Below, in pieces: positions 31,126-41,805 of a DNA stretch of 64,000 nucleotides; the stretch's first letter is position 1, and the number at the start of each line of letters is the position of its first letter. The DNA is from an uncultured delta proteobacterium (GTDB lineage: Bacteria; Myxococcota_A; Polyangia; Polyangiales; Houyiibacteriaceae). The stretch covers positions 53,320 to 117,319 of the forward strand of contig CAWJII010000012.1 of assembly GCA_963842915.1 (NCBI GenBank). Reading direction: 5' to 3'. The notes beneath the pieces were generated by a model. It was not told where the DNA came from. It made no database searches and saw only the letters and a program-made list of their open reading frames with translations. The position numbers and the translations under genes are program-made.

Positions 31126-32280
31126 TCAGCCAAGCCGCTCGATGATCGTGACGTTCGCCTGACCGCCACCCTCGCACATGGTCTGGAGACCATACCGGCC
31201 ACCGGTGCGCTCGAGCTCGTGCAGAAGCGTCGTCATGAGCTTAGCCCCGGTCGCACCGAGCGGATGGCCGAGGGCGATCGCGCCGCCGTTCACGTTCACC
31301 TTCGCGAGATCGACGTCGAGCTCCTTGGCCCATGCGCATACGACTGGGGCGAACGCTTCGTTGATCTCTACTAGGTCGATGTCGTCGAGGCTCATGCCCG
31401 ACTTCTCCATCGCGTAGCGGGTCGCGGGGATGGGCGCCGAGAGCATGCGAATCGGGTCTTCTCCGCGAACGCTCAAGTGATGGATACGCGCGCGTGGGAT
31501 GAGATTGTGCTCCTTGAGCGCCTTCTCGGACACGACGAGAAGGGCGGCGGAGCCGTCGGAGATCTGGCTGGCTACCGCAGCGGTGAGCCGCCCGCCCTCC
31601 ATGAGAATGGGAAGCGCGGCCATCTTCTCGAGGGTGGTGTCCGGACGTGGGCCTTCGTCGGCGCTCACATCGCCAAAGGGAACGATCTCGCGATCGAATC
31701 GACCTTCTTTCTGGGCCTGGAGCGCGCGTCGATGGCTTTCGAGGGCAAACTTCTCGAGCTCCTCGCGGGAGAGGTCCCAGTCCTTGGCGATCATTTCGGC
31801 GCCGTAGAACTGATTGACCGGACGATCCCCATAGCGTTCGTTCCAGCCGACCGAGGTGGAAAACGGATCGGGGATACCAAACTCCTTGCCAGCGATCATC
31901 GAGGCGCCGATGGGGATCATGCTCATGTTCTGAACGCCGCCCGCGACGACAATGTCCTGCGTGCCGCTCATGACGCCCTGCGCGGCGAAGTGGACCGCCT
32001 GCTGCGAGGAACCGCATTGACGATCGACCGTGACGCCGGGCACGTGCTCCGGGTAGCCCGCAGCCAACCAACAAGTGCGAGCGATGTCGCCGGCCTGGGT
32101 AGCCACCGAGTCCACGCAGCCGAAGACCACGTCGTCCACTGCGCCGGGGTCGATTCCAGTGCGCTCGATCACGCCCTTGATGACGTGCGCGCCGAGATCG
32201 GCGGAGTGGACTTTGCTCAGGCCGCCCTTCTTTCTTCCTACGGGCGAACGAACTGCTTCAACGATGTATGCTTCGGGCAT
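31126..32280 (-). CDS. fadA6: Acetyl-CoA C-acyltransferase, FadA6-like C/D-ring thiolase
   Basis: MPEAYIVEAVRSPVG, DRQCGSSQQA, NEAFA, GHPLG, CEGGG; ends the ipd operon. Confidence 0.82.
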   Translation of the reverse strand: MPEAYIVEAVRSPVGRKKGGLSKVHSADLGAHVIKGVIERTGIDPGAVDDVVFGCVDSVATQAGDIARTCWLAAGYPEHVPGVTVDRQCGSSQQAVHFAAQGVMSGTQDIVVAGGVQNMSMIPIGASMIAGKEFGIPDPFSTSVGWNERYGDRPVNQFYGAEMIAKDWDLSREELEKFALESHRRALQAQKEGRFDREIVPFGDVSADEGPRPDTTLEKMAALPILMEGGRLTAAVASQISDGSAALLVVSEKALKEHNLIPRARIHHLSVRGEDPIRMLSAPIPATRYAMEKSGMSLDDIDLVEINEAFAPVVCAWAKELDVDLAKVNVNGGAIALGHPLGATGAKLMTTLLHELERTGGRYGLQTMCEGGGQANVTIIERLG

Positions 32281-32347
32281 CTGAACCTCGCTATGAACTT
32301 GTCTCTAGGGGGAGCGGATATCGCCCGCAAGGCGCTACCCGGTGAAC

Positions 32348-33361
32348 TCAAAGGATGTAACGGCCAATTCGCTCGCGGTGATGGGCTGCATCTCCGTGGG
32401 CCGCGGCCAGCGCCCATGCGCGCTTCATCCACATATGCAGGTCGCATTCAATCGTGTAGCCGATTGCGCCGTGAACCTGCAGCGCCTCTTTGGCCACGAA
32501 TTTTGCAGCCTGGCCTGCATAGATCTTCGCTAGGGAAACATCGACCTCGGCATCACGAGCCGACGTCGCCAGGGACCAGCCGGCCCGGTAGACCGGCGGT
32601 CGCGCGAACTCTTGCTCGATGAGGGCGTTTGCAAGTCGGTGCTTGATCGCCTGCTGCGCGCCGATTGGCTTGCCGAACTGCTCGCGGTCCTTGGCGTATT
32701 GCACCGCCATGTCGAGCATGCGGCGACAAAGGCCGATCAGCTGAGCGGCCGTTCCGAGGGCGGCTCGCTCACGGCCAAGCGCGAGGAGAGCTGCCGCGTT
32801 CACATCTTCGCGCATACGATACCCGGCGCTGCGCTCGAACGAGACGCGGCCGAGCTCACGCGCGCGGTCTACGGACTGCTCTGGACTGACGGAGACCTCG
32901 GTGATGGGGACGCAGTAGGCCGCCCCCCCCCGCTCGGCGATCAAGACGTCAGCCGACGCCGCGTATGGCACGATCGGCCGGTCTTCGAAGGAGACCACTA
33001 CTCGCGCCTCCCCTGCCACCGCCGGACCGAGCCATTGCTCTTTTTGTGCGTCGCTGCCGGCCGCCTCGAGCAGCGGAATCCCGACTGCAACGGTGTCCAC
33101 GATCGGCCCGGGCAAGGCCGCGTAGCCGGTTTCTTCGAGGGGAAGCAGGAGGTCGAGCTCGCTCATCCCCATCCCGCCAGTCTCTTCGGAAGCCGTCATG
33201 CCGATTACGCCGGTCTCGGCGAGCGTATCCCAAACTGCGCGAGCGCCTTGGGCTCGTCCTTCCCAAGCGGCGCGCACGACCTCTGGCGCGCACTCGCGCT
33301 GCAAGACTTCGCGAACGGTGTCGCGGAGCATCTTCTGGTCATCGGTGAAAGCAAACCGCAT
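32348..33361 (-). CDS. fadE32: Acyl-CoA dehydrogenase FadE32-like
   Basis: MRFAFTDDQ, REQFGKPIG, LQVHGAIGYTIECDLHMWMKRA; follows the fadE31-like gene. Confidence 0.72.
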   Translation of the reverse strand: MRFAFTDDQKMLRDTVREVLQRECAPEVVRAAWEGRAQGARAVWDTLAETGVIGMTASEETGGMGMSELDLLLPLEETGYAALPGPIVDTVAVGIPLLEAAGSDAQKEQWLGPAVAGEARVVVSFEDRPIVPYAASADVLIAERGGAAYCVPITEVSVSPEQSVDRARELGRVSFERSAGYRMREDVNAAALLALGRERAALGTAAQLIGLCRRMLDMAVQYAKDREQFGKPIGAQQAIKHRLANALIEQEFARPPVYRAGWSLATSARDAEVDVSLAKIYAGQAAKFVAKEALQVHGAIGYTIECDLHMWMKRAWALAAAHGDAAHHRERIGRYIL

Positions 33362-33365
33362 GGCG

Positions 33366-34526
33366 CTACTTCCGCGGGAGGCCGAGCACACGCTCGGCAA
33401 TGATGTTGCGTTGGATTTCGTTGGTGCCTGCATAGATGGGGCCCGCCAGCGCGAACTGGAAACCCTTCATCCAATGGCCTGCGTCGACCGCGCTCGCCGA
33501 GCCCTCATCGAGCTCGAGCGCGTCACCGATGATCGCAAGCGCAGTTTCGTGCGTGCGCACGTCCATCTCGGACCAGAACACCTTGTTCATGCTGGAGTCC
33601 GGCCCGATCGACTCGCCATTCGTCATGCGAGTGACCGTCTGGAAGGTGAACCAACGGTATGCCTGCGCGTCCATCCAGGCCTGAATGACCTGGTCGCGAA
33701 GGACTGGGTCGGAGCGATCGCGGTAGCGATGGTAGAGGTCGACCAGACGTGATGCGGTCGCCATGAAACGGCCGGGGCTCCGAAGGCTGAGGCCTCGTTC
33801 CGAGCTAGTGGTCGCCATCGCGACCTTCCAGCCCTGATTCGCTTCGCCGATGATATCGCTGTCTGGAACGAAGACCTCATCGAGGAAGATCTCGGCGAAG
33901 CCTTCGTCGCCGTCGAGACGATCGACGCCGCGCACCGTGACACCCTCCGCGTGGAGGGGGAACATGAAATAGGTGAGCCCGCGATGCCGCGCCTGTTCCG
34001 GGTCTGTGCGGAACAAGCCGTACGCCATGTCGCAAAAGACGGCGCGCGTGGACCAAGTCTTCTGGCCGCTCAGGCGCCAGCCGCCGTCCACGCGCCGCGC
34101 TGTGCTCTTGAGCGAAGCGAGGTCGCTGCCGGCGTTCGGCTCCGACCATGCCTGCCCCCAGGAGACATCACCCCGCGCCATCGGACGGAGAATGCGCTCC
34201 TTCTGCTCGTCGGTCCCAAACTCGAACAAGGTAGGCGCCAACAGAAAGATGCCGTTCTGGGTGACACGGCTCGGTGCGCCCGCGCGATAATATTCTTCTT
34301 CGAAGATGAGCCATTCGAAGAGCGTGGCCTCCCGACCGCCATACTGCTTGGGCCAGGAGACCGCCGCCCAGCCGGCGTCGAAGAGCTGGTGTTCCCACTG
34401 CAAGTGCAGCGCGTATCCATCCCGAGTGTCACCCGAAGGAAGCGAATCGCGAGGCACGTTGGCCTCGAGCCAGGTGCGACACTCCTCACGAAAGGCGTTC
34501 TCCGAATCGGTGAAGTTGAGATCCAT
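33366..34526 (-). CDS. fadE31: Acyl-CoA dehydrogenase FadE31-like
   Basis: LPSGDT, EWLIFEEEYYRAGAP, QNGIFLLAPT, QAWSEPNAGSDLA, PIYAGTNEIQRNII. Confidence 0.78.
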   Translation of the reverse strand: MDLNFTDSENAFREECRTWLEANVPRDSLPSGDTRDGYALHLQWEHQLFDAGWAAVSWPKQYGGREATLFEWLIFEEEYYRAGAPSRVTQNGIFLLAPTLFEFGTDEQKERILRPMARGDVSWGQAWSEPNAGSDLASLKSTARRVDGGWRLSGQKTWSTRAVFCDMAYGLFRTDPEQARHRGLTYFMFPLHAEGVTVRGVDRLDGDEGFAEIFLDEVFVPDSDIIGEANQGWKVAMATTSSERGLSLRSPGRFMATASRLVDLYHRYRDRSDPVLRDQVIQAWMDAQAYRWFTFQTVTRMTNGESIGPDSSMNKVFWSEMDVRTHETALAIIGDALELDEGSASAVDAGHWMKGFQFALAGPIYAGTNEIQRNIIAERVLGLPRK

Positions 34527-34535
34527 GGCTCTTAC

Positions 34536-35903
34536 TCAGGCGCCCAGCCGTTCGAGCGTCGCTTCGGCCTCGGCCATGATGCGTTGAAGAAGCTCGGCAA
34601 CCGTTGGTATCTCGTCGATGACGCCAGCGATTTGGCCCGTCGGCAGGATGCCCGCCTCGACTCGGCCGTCGACCATCGAGGCCTTGGTCAGCATCGGAGC
34701 GTTGGCGGCCATCGCGAGTTGCGACCAGGTGAGCTCCTGGTTCTGCTTCATCGCGATGCCTTCTTCGAGCAACTCTGGGAGGGAGGTGCCGGTGACCTTC
34801 ATCAAGGACAAGGCATTGAGCGCGGCCCGGGGGAAACGGGTCAGTGGGTTCGCCTTCTCGAGCTGGTCGATGAGGAAGGTACGGATCACGCGCTGCGGAT
34901 GGCCGTCGACGGCCTTGGTTACGACCGTGCCGTTGGCTTTCGTTTCGACGTAAATCTGCTTCACGTGATCGGGGACTTGGCTGTCCTTGGTGAGCAGGAA
35001 GCGGGTCCCCATGGCAATGCCTTCGCCTCCGAGGGCTAGCGCTGCGACCAGACCTCGCCCGTCGCGGAAGCCTCCAGCCCCGACTACCGGAATATCGACA
35101 GCGGCCGAGACGTCCGGAATCAGAATCGACGTGGGAATCTGTCCGGTGTGTCCGCCCCCTTCGTGGCCTTGCGCGATCACCGCATCGACGCCCCAGGCCT
35201 GGACCTTCTCTGCGTGACGGCGCGCTCCGATTGTTGGCATTGTGAGGACGCCGGCGTCCTTGAGGGTCTTGATGACGCGCTCGCCGGGAGCCTGCGCGAA
35301 GCTGGCGACCTTGATCTTCTCGCGGATGAGAAGTTCGACGCGCTTCATGACGTCGGATTGGTCGGCGCGCATGTTCACGCCGAACGGCTTGTCGGTGCGG
35401 CTCTTGACCTTGGCGATCGTCTCTTCGAGCTCGCGAAAGGTCATCGTCGCCGCAGCCAGAATTCCTAGGCCTCCGGCCTGACTGGTGGCCGAGGTGAGGC
35501 GGGCACCGGACACCCAGCCCATGCCGGTCTGAATGATCGGGTACTCGATACCGAACATCTCGCAGATGCGTGTGCGGAGCGCGGTCTTGCCTTTGCTGGT
35601 CTTCTTGGGTTGGGACGCTTCGACTGGCTCGACGCGAACAGGCCGCTTGCTTTTGCGCGCGGCGGACTTGAGCTTCGCCTTCTTCGGCGCTACCGACGCT
35701 CGCTTCTTGGCGGGCGCCTTGCTGCCTCGCTTAGCCTTCGGCGGCGCGGCCTTGGCGGGTGCCTTCGTCTCGCGCTTCGCCTTGGGCGCTGCCGACGCTC
35801 GCTTCTTGGCGGGCGCCTTCGTCGTGCGCTTGGCCTTCACCTTGGGCGCCGTCGATTTGCGCTTCTTGGCGGGTGCCTTGGTCGTCCTCTTCTGAGCGCT
35901 CAT
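34536..35903 (-). CDS. ipdC: IpdC-like FMN oxidoreductase (nitronate monooxygenase/FabK family) with N-terminal Lys/Ala-rich extension
   Basis: YPIIQTGMGWVSG, KPFGVN, QGHEGGGHTG, VVGAGGF, IAMGTRF; ATGA overlap with ipdB; the first ~107 aa are KAPAKK repeats. Confidence 0.8.
   Translation of the reverse strand: MSAQKRTTKAPAKKRKSTAPKVKAKRTTKAPAKKRASAAPKAKRETKAPAKAAPPKAKRGSKAPAKKRASVAPKKAKLKSAARKSKRPVRVEPVEASQPKKTSKGKTALRTRICEMFGIEYPIIQTGMGWVSGARLTSATSQAGGLGILAAATMTFRELEETIAKVKSRTDKPFGVNMRADQSDVMKRVELLIREKIKVASFAQAPGERVIKTLKDAGVLTMPTIGARRHAEKVQAWGVDAVIAQGHEGGGHTGQIPTSILIPDVSAAVDIPVVGAGGFRDGRGLVAALALGGEGIAMGTRFLLTKDSQVPDHVKQIYVETKANGTVVTKAVDGHPQRVIRTFLIDQLEKANPLTRFPRAALNALSLMKVTGTSLPELLEEGIAMKQNQELTWSQLAMAANAPMLTKASMVDGRVEAGILPTGQIAGVIDEIPTVAELLQRIMAEAEATLERLGA
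35690..35895 (-). repeat. Four imperfect coding repeats (KRxxKAPAK(K)...APKA)
   Basis: Plus-strand CGCTTCTTGGCGGG(C/T)GCCTT recurs near 35701, 35800 and 35860, with a partial copy near 35751. Confidence 0.85.
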
Positions 35904-36664
35904 ACTACGACTTCCTTCTGCGCATAGCCTTGGGGATCGAGCTCACGCAACACGCCGATGATCTCTGGGGTCGGAACCGGGGTCGTGTCCACCCCGTCCG
36001 GGATGACGAGCTCGAAACCCGTGTTGTCTACGACCTGCTGCAAATCTACGCCGGGATGCAGTGAGACGAGACGCATGCGGTGATCCGGCGTATTGAAGTC
36101 GAAGACACCTAGATTGGTCACCACCCGCCGGATTTCGTGGAAGCGGCTGCCCTTTGGCCCAAGTTCCGCCGCCCGATCGTACCCCACCCCGCTGACCATA
36201 TCGACCTTCGCCACCAGGGCGCGGGCATTGTGATTCGGAACCCAGTAGCTCGTCACGTGGTTGATCGTGTTGCCAGGTGCACCTCGCACGCCGAGCAGCT
36301 GAGCCTTGGGATTCTGCCAGGAACCGATGCAAGCGATGTTCTGGTTCCCGAACTGATCGATTTGGGATGCGCCCATCATGACGTGGCGGCGTCCCCACCA
36401 TAGCGTCTCGAAGACCGCGCCGAACGGCATCCAGCCCTCGACGTCGCTATCGCTGGGCTTGACCCCCAGAGGAAGCGCGCGGCGGAGCAGCAGGTTGAAC
36501 CCGTCGGTCATCAGCAGATCGGGCTCGAAGGTCGACTTCGCCAAGCGGGCACCCAAGCTCGGGCTCGTTCCCATTGCACTGACCATGATCTCGCCGTCGT
36601 TGCGAAAGCACTCTGCGATTGCGAGCGCGCAAACGTCAGCGCGTGTGACTTCGCCAATGCTCAT
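35900..36664 (-). CDS. ipdB: IpdB, CoA-transferase-like C-ring hydrolase beta subunit
   Basis: VTRADVCA, EPDLLMTDG, GRRHVMMGASQIDQFGNQNI, GVRGAPGNTINH; ATGA overlap with ipdA. Confidence 0.88.
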   Translation of the reverse strand: MSIGEVTRADVCALAIAECFRNDGEIMVSAMGTSPSLGARLAKSTFEPDLLMTDGFNLLLRRALPLGVKPSDSDVEGWMPFGAVFETLWWGRRHVMMGASQIDQFGNQNIACIGSWQNPKAQLLGVRGAPGNTINHVTSYWVPNHNARALVAKVDMVSGVGYDRAAELGPKGSRFHEIRRVVTNLGVFDFNTPDHRMRLVSLHPGVDLQQVVDNTGFELVIPDGVDTTPVPTPEIIGVLRELDPQGYAQKEVVV

Positions 36665-37506
36665 GACGCCACCGCCTTCTGGTATTCGCTTTCGCTCACC
36701 TCGAGGTACTTCGCACGGAACGCGTTCCAAGCTGCTTCGTCCTTGGCGGTTGCCGCATACTCACGCTGGAACTTCTCATCACGCCCATAGTCGGGCGGAC
36801 ACTCGGTGAAGTGGGCGCCGCCCGGCGCTTCGACCACTCCGCTCACCATCATGCGGTTGATCAAGAGGCTTTGAAGCGGTCCGCCGCTGACCAGCTCGTC
36901 TGTCGAGACGATCTTCTCGCAGCTCATGAAGGCCTTCTTGGCGGCCATGCAGAAAAGGTTGTCGAAGTAGGGGTCGCGGCCGAGTGCTTGGCCATTTCCC
37001 AAGGCGTCCGCGCGATTCATGTGAACGAAGGCGACGTCGACGTTCAGCGCAGGGACCGCAACCAGCTCCTCGCCATCATCGTAGGGCGATCTCACCGTCT
37101 TGATGTGCGGATTGATCTCGAGGACGTCGGAACCCAGTCCTGCTCGCGTTGGCAGAAACGGCAACCTCTGCGCGGCAGCCCGAAGCCCGAGAAGAAACAT
37201 CCCTTCGTCCAGCTCGACGGCCTCGAGCGTCGCGTTTTGCCGGGCTTTTCTGAAATGTGGCTCGAGCGGGATCGAGTCCAGGGACACGAACCCATACACG
37301 GCCTTCTTGAGCTGCCCGGTCGCGCAAAGGATGCCGATGTCTGGACCGCCGTAGGAGACGACCGTCAAATCCTTCACACCTTTTCGGACCAGCGCGCGGA
37401 TGAAGGCCATCGGCTTGCGCCGCGATCCCCACCCTCCGATGCCGACGGTCATGCCATCGCTCACCTCAGCAACGGCTTCATCGACCGTCATTCGTTTGTC
37501 TGTCAC
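36661..37506 (-). CDS. ipdA: IpdA, CoA-transferase-like C-ring hydrolase alpha subunit
   Basis: DGMTVGIGGWGSRRKPMA, SYGGPD, FVSLDSIPLEP, RLPFLPTRAGLGSD, GAHFT. Confidence 0.9.
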   Translation of the reverse strand: MTDKRMTVDEAVAEVSDGMTVGIGGWGSRRKPMAFIRALVRKGVKDLTVVSYGGPDIGILCATGQLKKAVYGFVSLDSIPLEPHFRKARQNATLEAVELDEGMFLLGLRAAAQRLPFLPTRAGLGSDVLEINPHIKTVRSPYDDGEELVAVPALNVDVAFVHMNRADALGNGQALGRDPYFDNLFCMAAKKAFMSCEKIVSTDELVSGGPLQSLLINRMMVSGVVEAPGGAHFTECPPDYGRDEKFQREYAATAKDEAAWNAFRAKYLEVSESEYQKAVAS

Positions 37507-37515
37507 GAAGCTACC

Positions 37516-38277
37516 TCACTTCTTGTTGGCGTCGGGGTCGCGCTTCTCCACGAACGCATCTCGCGCCTCGTCAGCCACACCCGCCAAGTTGAGCTCGAAG
37601 GTGAAACCCTGCTCGAAACGGTACGAGCGATTCACGTCGACCGGATCGATGTTGTTCAGACATTCCTTTGCTGCGCGCACGACGCGCGGGATCTTCTTGG
37701 TGAAGGCACGGGCGACTTCTCTCGCCTTGTCGGCGAGCTGAGCTCGTTCGACAACCGCGTAGACCGAACCCCAGTTGTGGAGCTCTTCAGCCGTTGCAGC
37801 TTCGCAGGTGAGGACCATCGCACGCATCTTGAGTGGCGGGACGAGACGAACGAGATGCGTGGCGGCCCCAAGCGCGCCCCGGTCAACCTCGGGCAGCGCG
37901 AACTTGGTGCCCTTCGCGGCGATCAGGATGTCCGAGTTGCCGGCGAGGCCGATGCCGCCACCGACGCAGAAGCCGTGGACCGCGGTGATAACCGGGACCT
38001 TGCACTCGTAGACAGCCTTGAAGGACTCCCAGCAACCGCGGTTGGCGCCGAGAAGCGCGTCGAAGCCCTCGGTGTCCTGCATCTCTTTGATGTCGACGCC
38101 GGCGTTGAAGCCCCGGCCCTCGGCCCGGAGGATGACCACTCGGGTCTCCGGGTCGTTCCCCGCGGCGGTGATCACCTGGGCCAGCTCGAACCAGCCGCTT
38201 ACGGGAATCGCGTTGACCGGCGGATAGTCCACGACGATTTCGGCGATTCCATCAATGATTTCGTGCGAAATACCCAC
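37516..38277 (-). CDS. echA20: EchA20-like enoyl-CoA hydratase (D-ring hydrolysis)
   Basis: PPVNA, GRGFNAGVDIKE, LPEVDRGALGAATHL, YRFEQGFTFELNL. Confidence 0.88.
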   Translation of the reverse strand: MGISHEIIDGIAEIVVDYPPVNAIPVSGWFELAQVITAAGNDPETRVVILRAEGRGFNAGVDIKEMQDTEGFDALLGANRGCWESFKAVYECKVPVITAVHGFCVGGGIGLAGNSDILIAAKGTKFALPEVDRGALGAATHLVRLVPPLKMRAMVLTCEAATAEELHNWGSVYAVVERAQLADKAREVARAFTKKIPRVVRAAKECLNNIDPVDVNRSYRFEQGFTFELNLAGVADEARDAFVEKRDPDANKK

Positions 38278-38305
38278 GGCGCGTCCCTCCGAAGCAGGGC
38301 CGAAG

Positions 38306-38319
38306 TAGAACGCGTTTCA
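38306..38319. promoter_or_regulatory. KstR-type operator upstream of echA20-ipdABC
   Basis: TAGAACGCGTTTCA matches the consensus; lies just downstream of a minus-strand TTGACC (38332-38327). Confidence 0.78.
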
Positions 38320-38328
38320 GTCCGCGGG

Positions 38329-38832
38329 TCAAGCCGACGGGAGGGCGCTCAGACCGCCAAGGGTCCTGAGGAAGCCCTCGAGTTCTGGACGAATTGGCTG
38401 ACCTATTCGCACAAGCTCGGCCCGAACGGCCTCCGCTGCGCTCGGAATGTCCGGCGCCGTGATCGTTCGAATCGGCGGTTTTCGAAAACGATATACGACT
38501 CTGAGCACGGCGCGATAGATCGCTTCGGGGACCACGACGACCACAGCGAAATCATCGCGTTTCAAGGCGTCGGAACGAGTGTCGAGCCAGTCGGCGAAGG
38601 TCTTACGATGGCGCGCCGAAATCACGCCTGTTCCGCGCTGGTGACTAACGAGTCCGACGAAGGGGAGCCCGCGTTCGATAAGGAAATCGGCCATGCCAAG
38701 CATGAGAGCGACTTCGTGATCCTCGACGAGTCGAGGCTGCTTCATGTCGTACAGAACGATGGGCGCCAGTGTCCCGTCGATACCTAGGCGCTCCGACTCA
38801 TAGGTCGAACGCGCACCCCAGTCCCAATCCAT
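38329..38832 (-). CDS. Hypothetical protein, STAS/SEC14 (SpoIIAA-like)
   Basis: RHRKTFADWL...AVVVVVPEAIYRAVLRVVYRF...IPSAAEAV pattern; similar to 41396..41791. Confidence 0.55.
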   Translation of the reverse strand: MDWDWGARSTYESERLGIDGTLAPIVLYDMKQPRLVEDHEVALMLGMADFLIERGLPFVGLVSHQRGTGVISARHRKTFADWLDTRSDALKRDDFAVVVVVPEAIYRAVLRVVYRFRKPPIRTITAPDIPSAAEAVRAELVRIGQPIRPELEGFLRTLGGLSALPSA

Positions 38833-38886
38833 AGTTTAAGCCGATCTCTAGAAAGGTAAGTGTTTGGGCTAAATAAGAATGCAAAG

Positions 38887-38899
38887 TGAGGAATCCTCA
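38887..38899. promoter_or_regulatory. Palindromic putative transcription factor site in an AT-rich divergent intergenic region
   Basis: TGAGGA-A-TCCTCA perfect IR; degenerate second copy TGAGAAATCCCTT at 38906. Confidence 0.45.
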
Positions 38900-39037
38900 T
38901 GAAGATGAGAAATCCCTTCAAGCGGCGGGATTATGAAGACATTGCCTCCGGCGTCAATCCACGAATGGCGATAGGACTAATAGTGACTGAGCAGTGCATT
39001 GTTGCGACTGTCCGGGGTTGGCGATATCACGGGCGCG

Positions 39038-40595
<1,558 letters not shown>

Positions 40596-40603
<8 letters not shown>

Positions 40604-41360
40604 TTTCCCCGAAGGCGTCGCCTTGGTCGTTGGCGGAAGCGGCGGCATCGGAAGCGCGATCGCGCGCGGCTTTGCGGCTGCCGGTGTCACGCTCGCAATC
40701 ACTTACCGCCAGCACTTGGACGCCGCCGAGGCCGTAGCTCAGGAGATCCGCAGCGCTGGCGGCGCCTGCTCGTTGCACCCAGTCGACCTTGTTGATCTCG
40801 ACTCCGTGAAGGCCTGTCTCCAACAGCTCGTCGAAGAGCACGGCCAGATTCACACCATCGCCCACGCGGCCGGCACACACATCGACCAGCCCTACATTAG
40901 CAAAGTAACGCCCGAAGCGTGGCGGAACACCATGGACTGGGACGTGAACGGTTTCTTTCACGTGGCGCATGCGGCGATTCCGCTTCTTCGCAAGAGTCGA
41001 GGCTCCATCGTATTCGTCAGCTCGGCAGGCTTGAAACGATTTCCGCCGGGTGACGTGCTCTCGGTGGCGCCCAAGGGCGCGATCGAAGCACTGATTCGGG
41101 GCATCGCGCGCGAAGAGGGTCGCAACGGTGTTCGGGCAAACAACGTCGCGGTGGGCGTGGTCGACGCTGGGATGTTCCCCAAGCTCGTCGAACGCGGTGA
41201 GCTCAGCCAGGAATGGATCGATGCGGCCACACGCAACACGCCGCTTCGCCGCTTCGGGACGCCCGCAGAGGTGGCCGATGCCGCTGTGTTTCTGGCCTCT
41301 TCTCGAGCCCGCTACATCACCGGACAGACACTTTACGTGGACGGGGGCTACACGTTGTAG
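40596..41360 (+). CDS. SDR family oxidoreductase (atypical: SxxxK in place of YxxxK)
   Basis: VVGGSGGIG, DVLSVAPK, YITGQTLYVDGG. Confidence 0.85.
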
Positions 41361-41395
41361 CACCCAGTCTGACTCACTAGACTGCGCATAGAACC

Positions 41396-41791
41396 ATGGG
41401 CCAAGTCATCTTCGATGAGAAAGACAAGCCGCTGATGCGGATGGCGTACAAGGGCTTGTGCGACGATGCGGAGTGGCAACGGCACCTCGGCGTGATGAGC
41501 GAATGGGCGCGACGGGGAGAGGTTTATGCGGTCGTGATCGACGCGCGCGAAGTGGGCCGGGTTCCTGCTATACAACGCAAGGGCATCAGCGAATGGATCG
41601 ATCGCGACCGGCGGCCTCTGGAGGAGAACTGCGCGGGCGGCGCCATGATCTTCAACAACGCCGTTCAGCAGGGGCTGTGGACCGCGATTTCCTGGGTTGC
41701 ACCGAGTCCGATCCCGGTGAAGATGTTCCGAGATATCCCTTCGGCGGAGGCCTGGTTGCATGAGCGGCTCCGCGAAAAGATGGCGCGCTGA
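41396..41791 (+). CDS. Hypothetical protein, STAS/SEC14 (SpoIIAA-like)
   Basis: YAVVIDAR, QRKGISEW, GGAMIF, TAISWV, KMFRDIPSAEAWL. Confidence 0.65.
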   Translation: MGQVIFDEKDKPLMRMAYKGLCDDAEWQRHLGVMSEWARRGEVYAVVIDAREVGRVPAIQRKGISEWIDRDRRPLEENCAGGAMIFNNAVQQGLWTAISWVAPSPIPVKMFRDIPSAEAWLHERLREKMAR

Positions 41792-41805
41792 CGCGGAGGC
41801 TAGCC

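Noticed and set aside
32292-32307. TATGAACTTGTCTCTA upstream of fadA6 as a sixth KstR box
   Set aside because: Spacing and three of the conserved positions do not fit TnnAACnnGTTnnA; at best a degenerate site.
32923-32931. C9/G9 homopolymer in the fadE32-like gene as a phase-variation tract
   Set aside because: The frame is intact (RGGA) and a single run in a cytoplasmic enzyme gives no evidence of switching.
35690-35895. Spaced ~20-bp repeats as a CRISPR array
   Set aside because: They are in-frame coding repeats with related intervening sequences, and no cas genes are present.
36811-38787. Long antisense ORFs (this 658-aa ORF, 54244..56364 and similar)
   Set aside because: Shadows of real genes caused by high GC3; no recognisable motifs.
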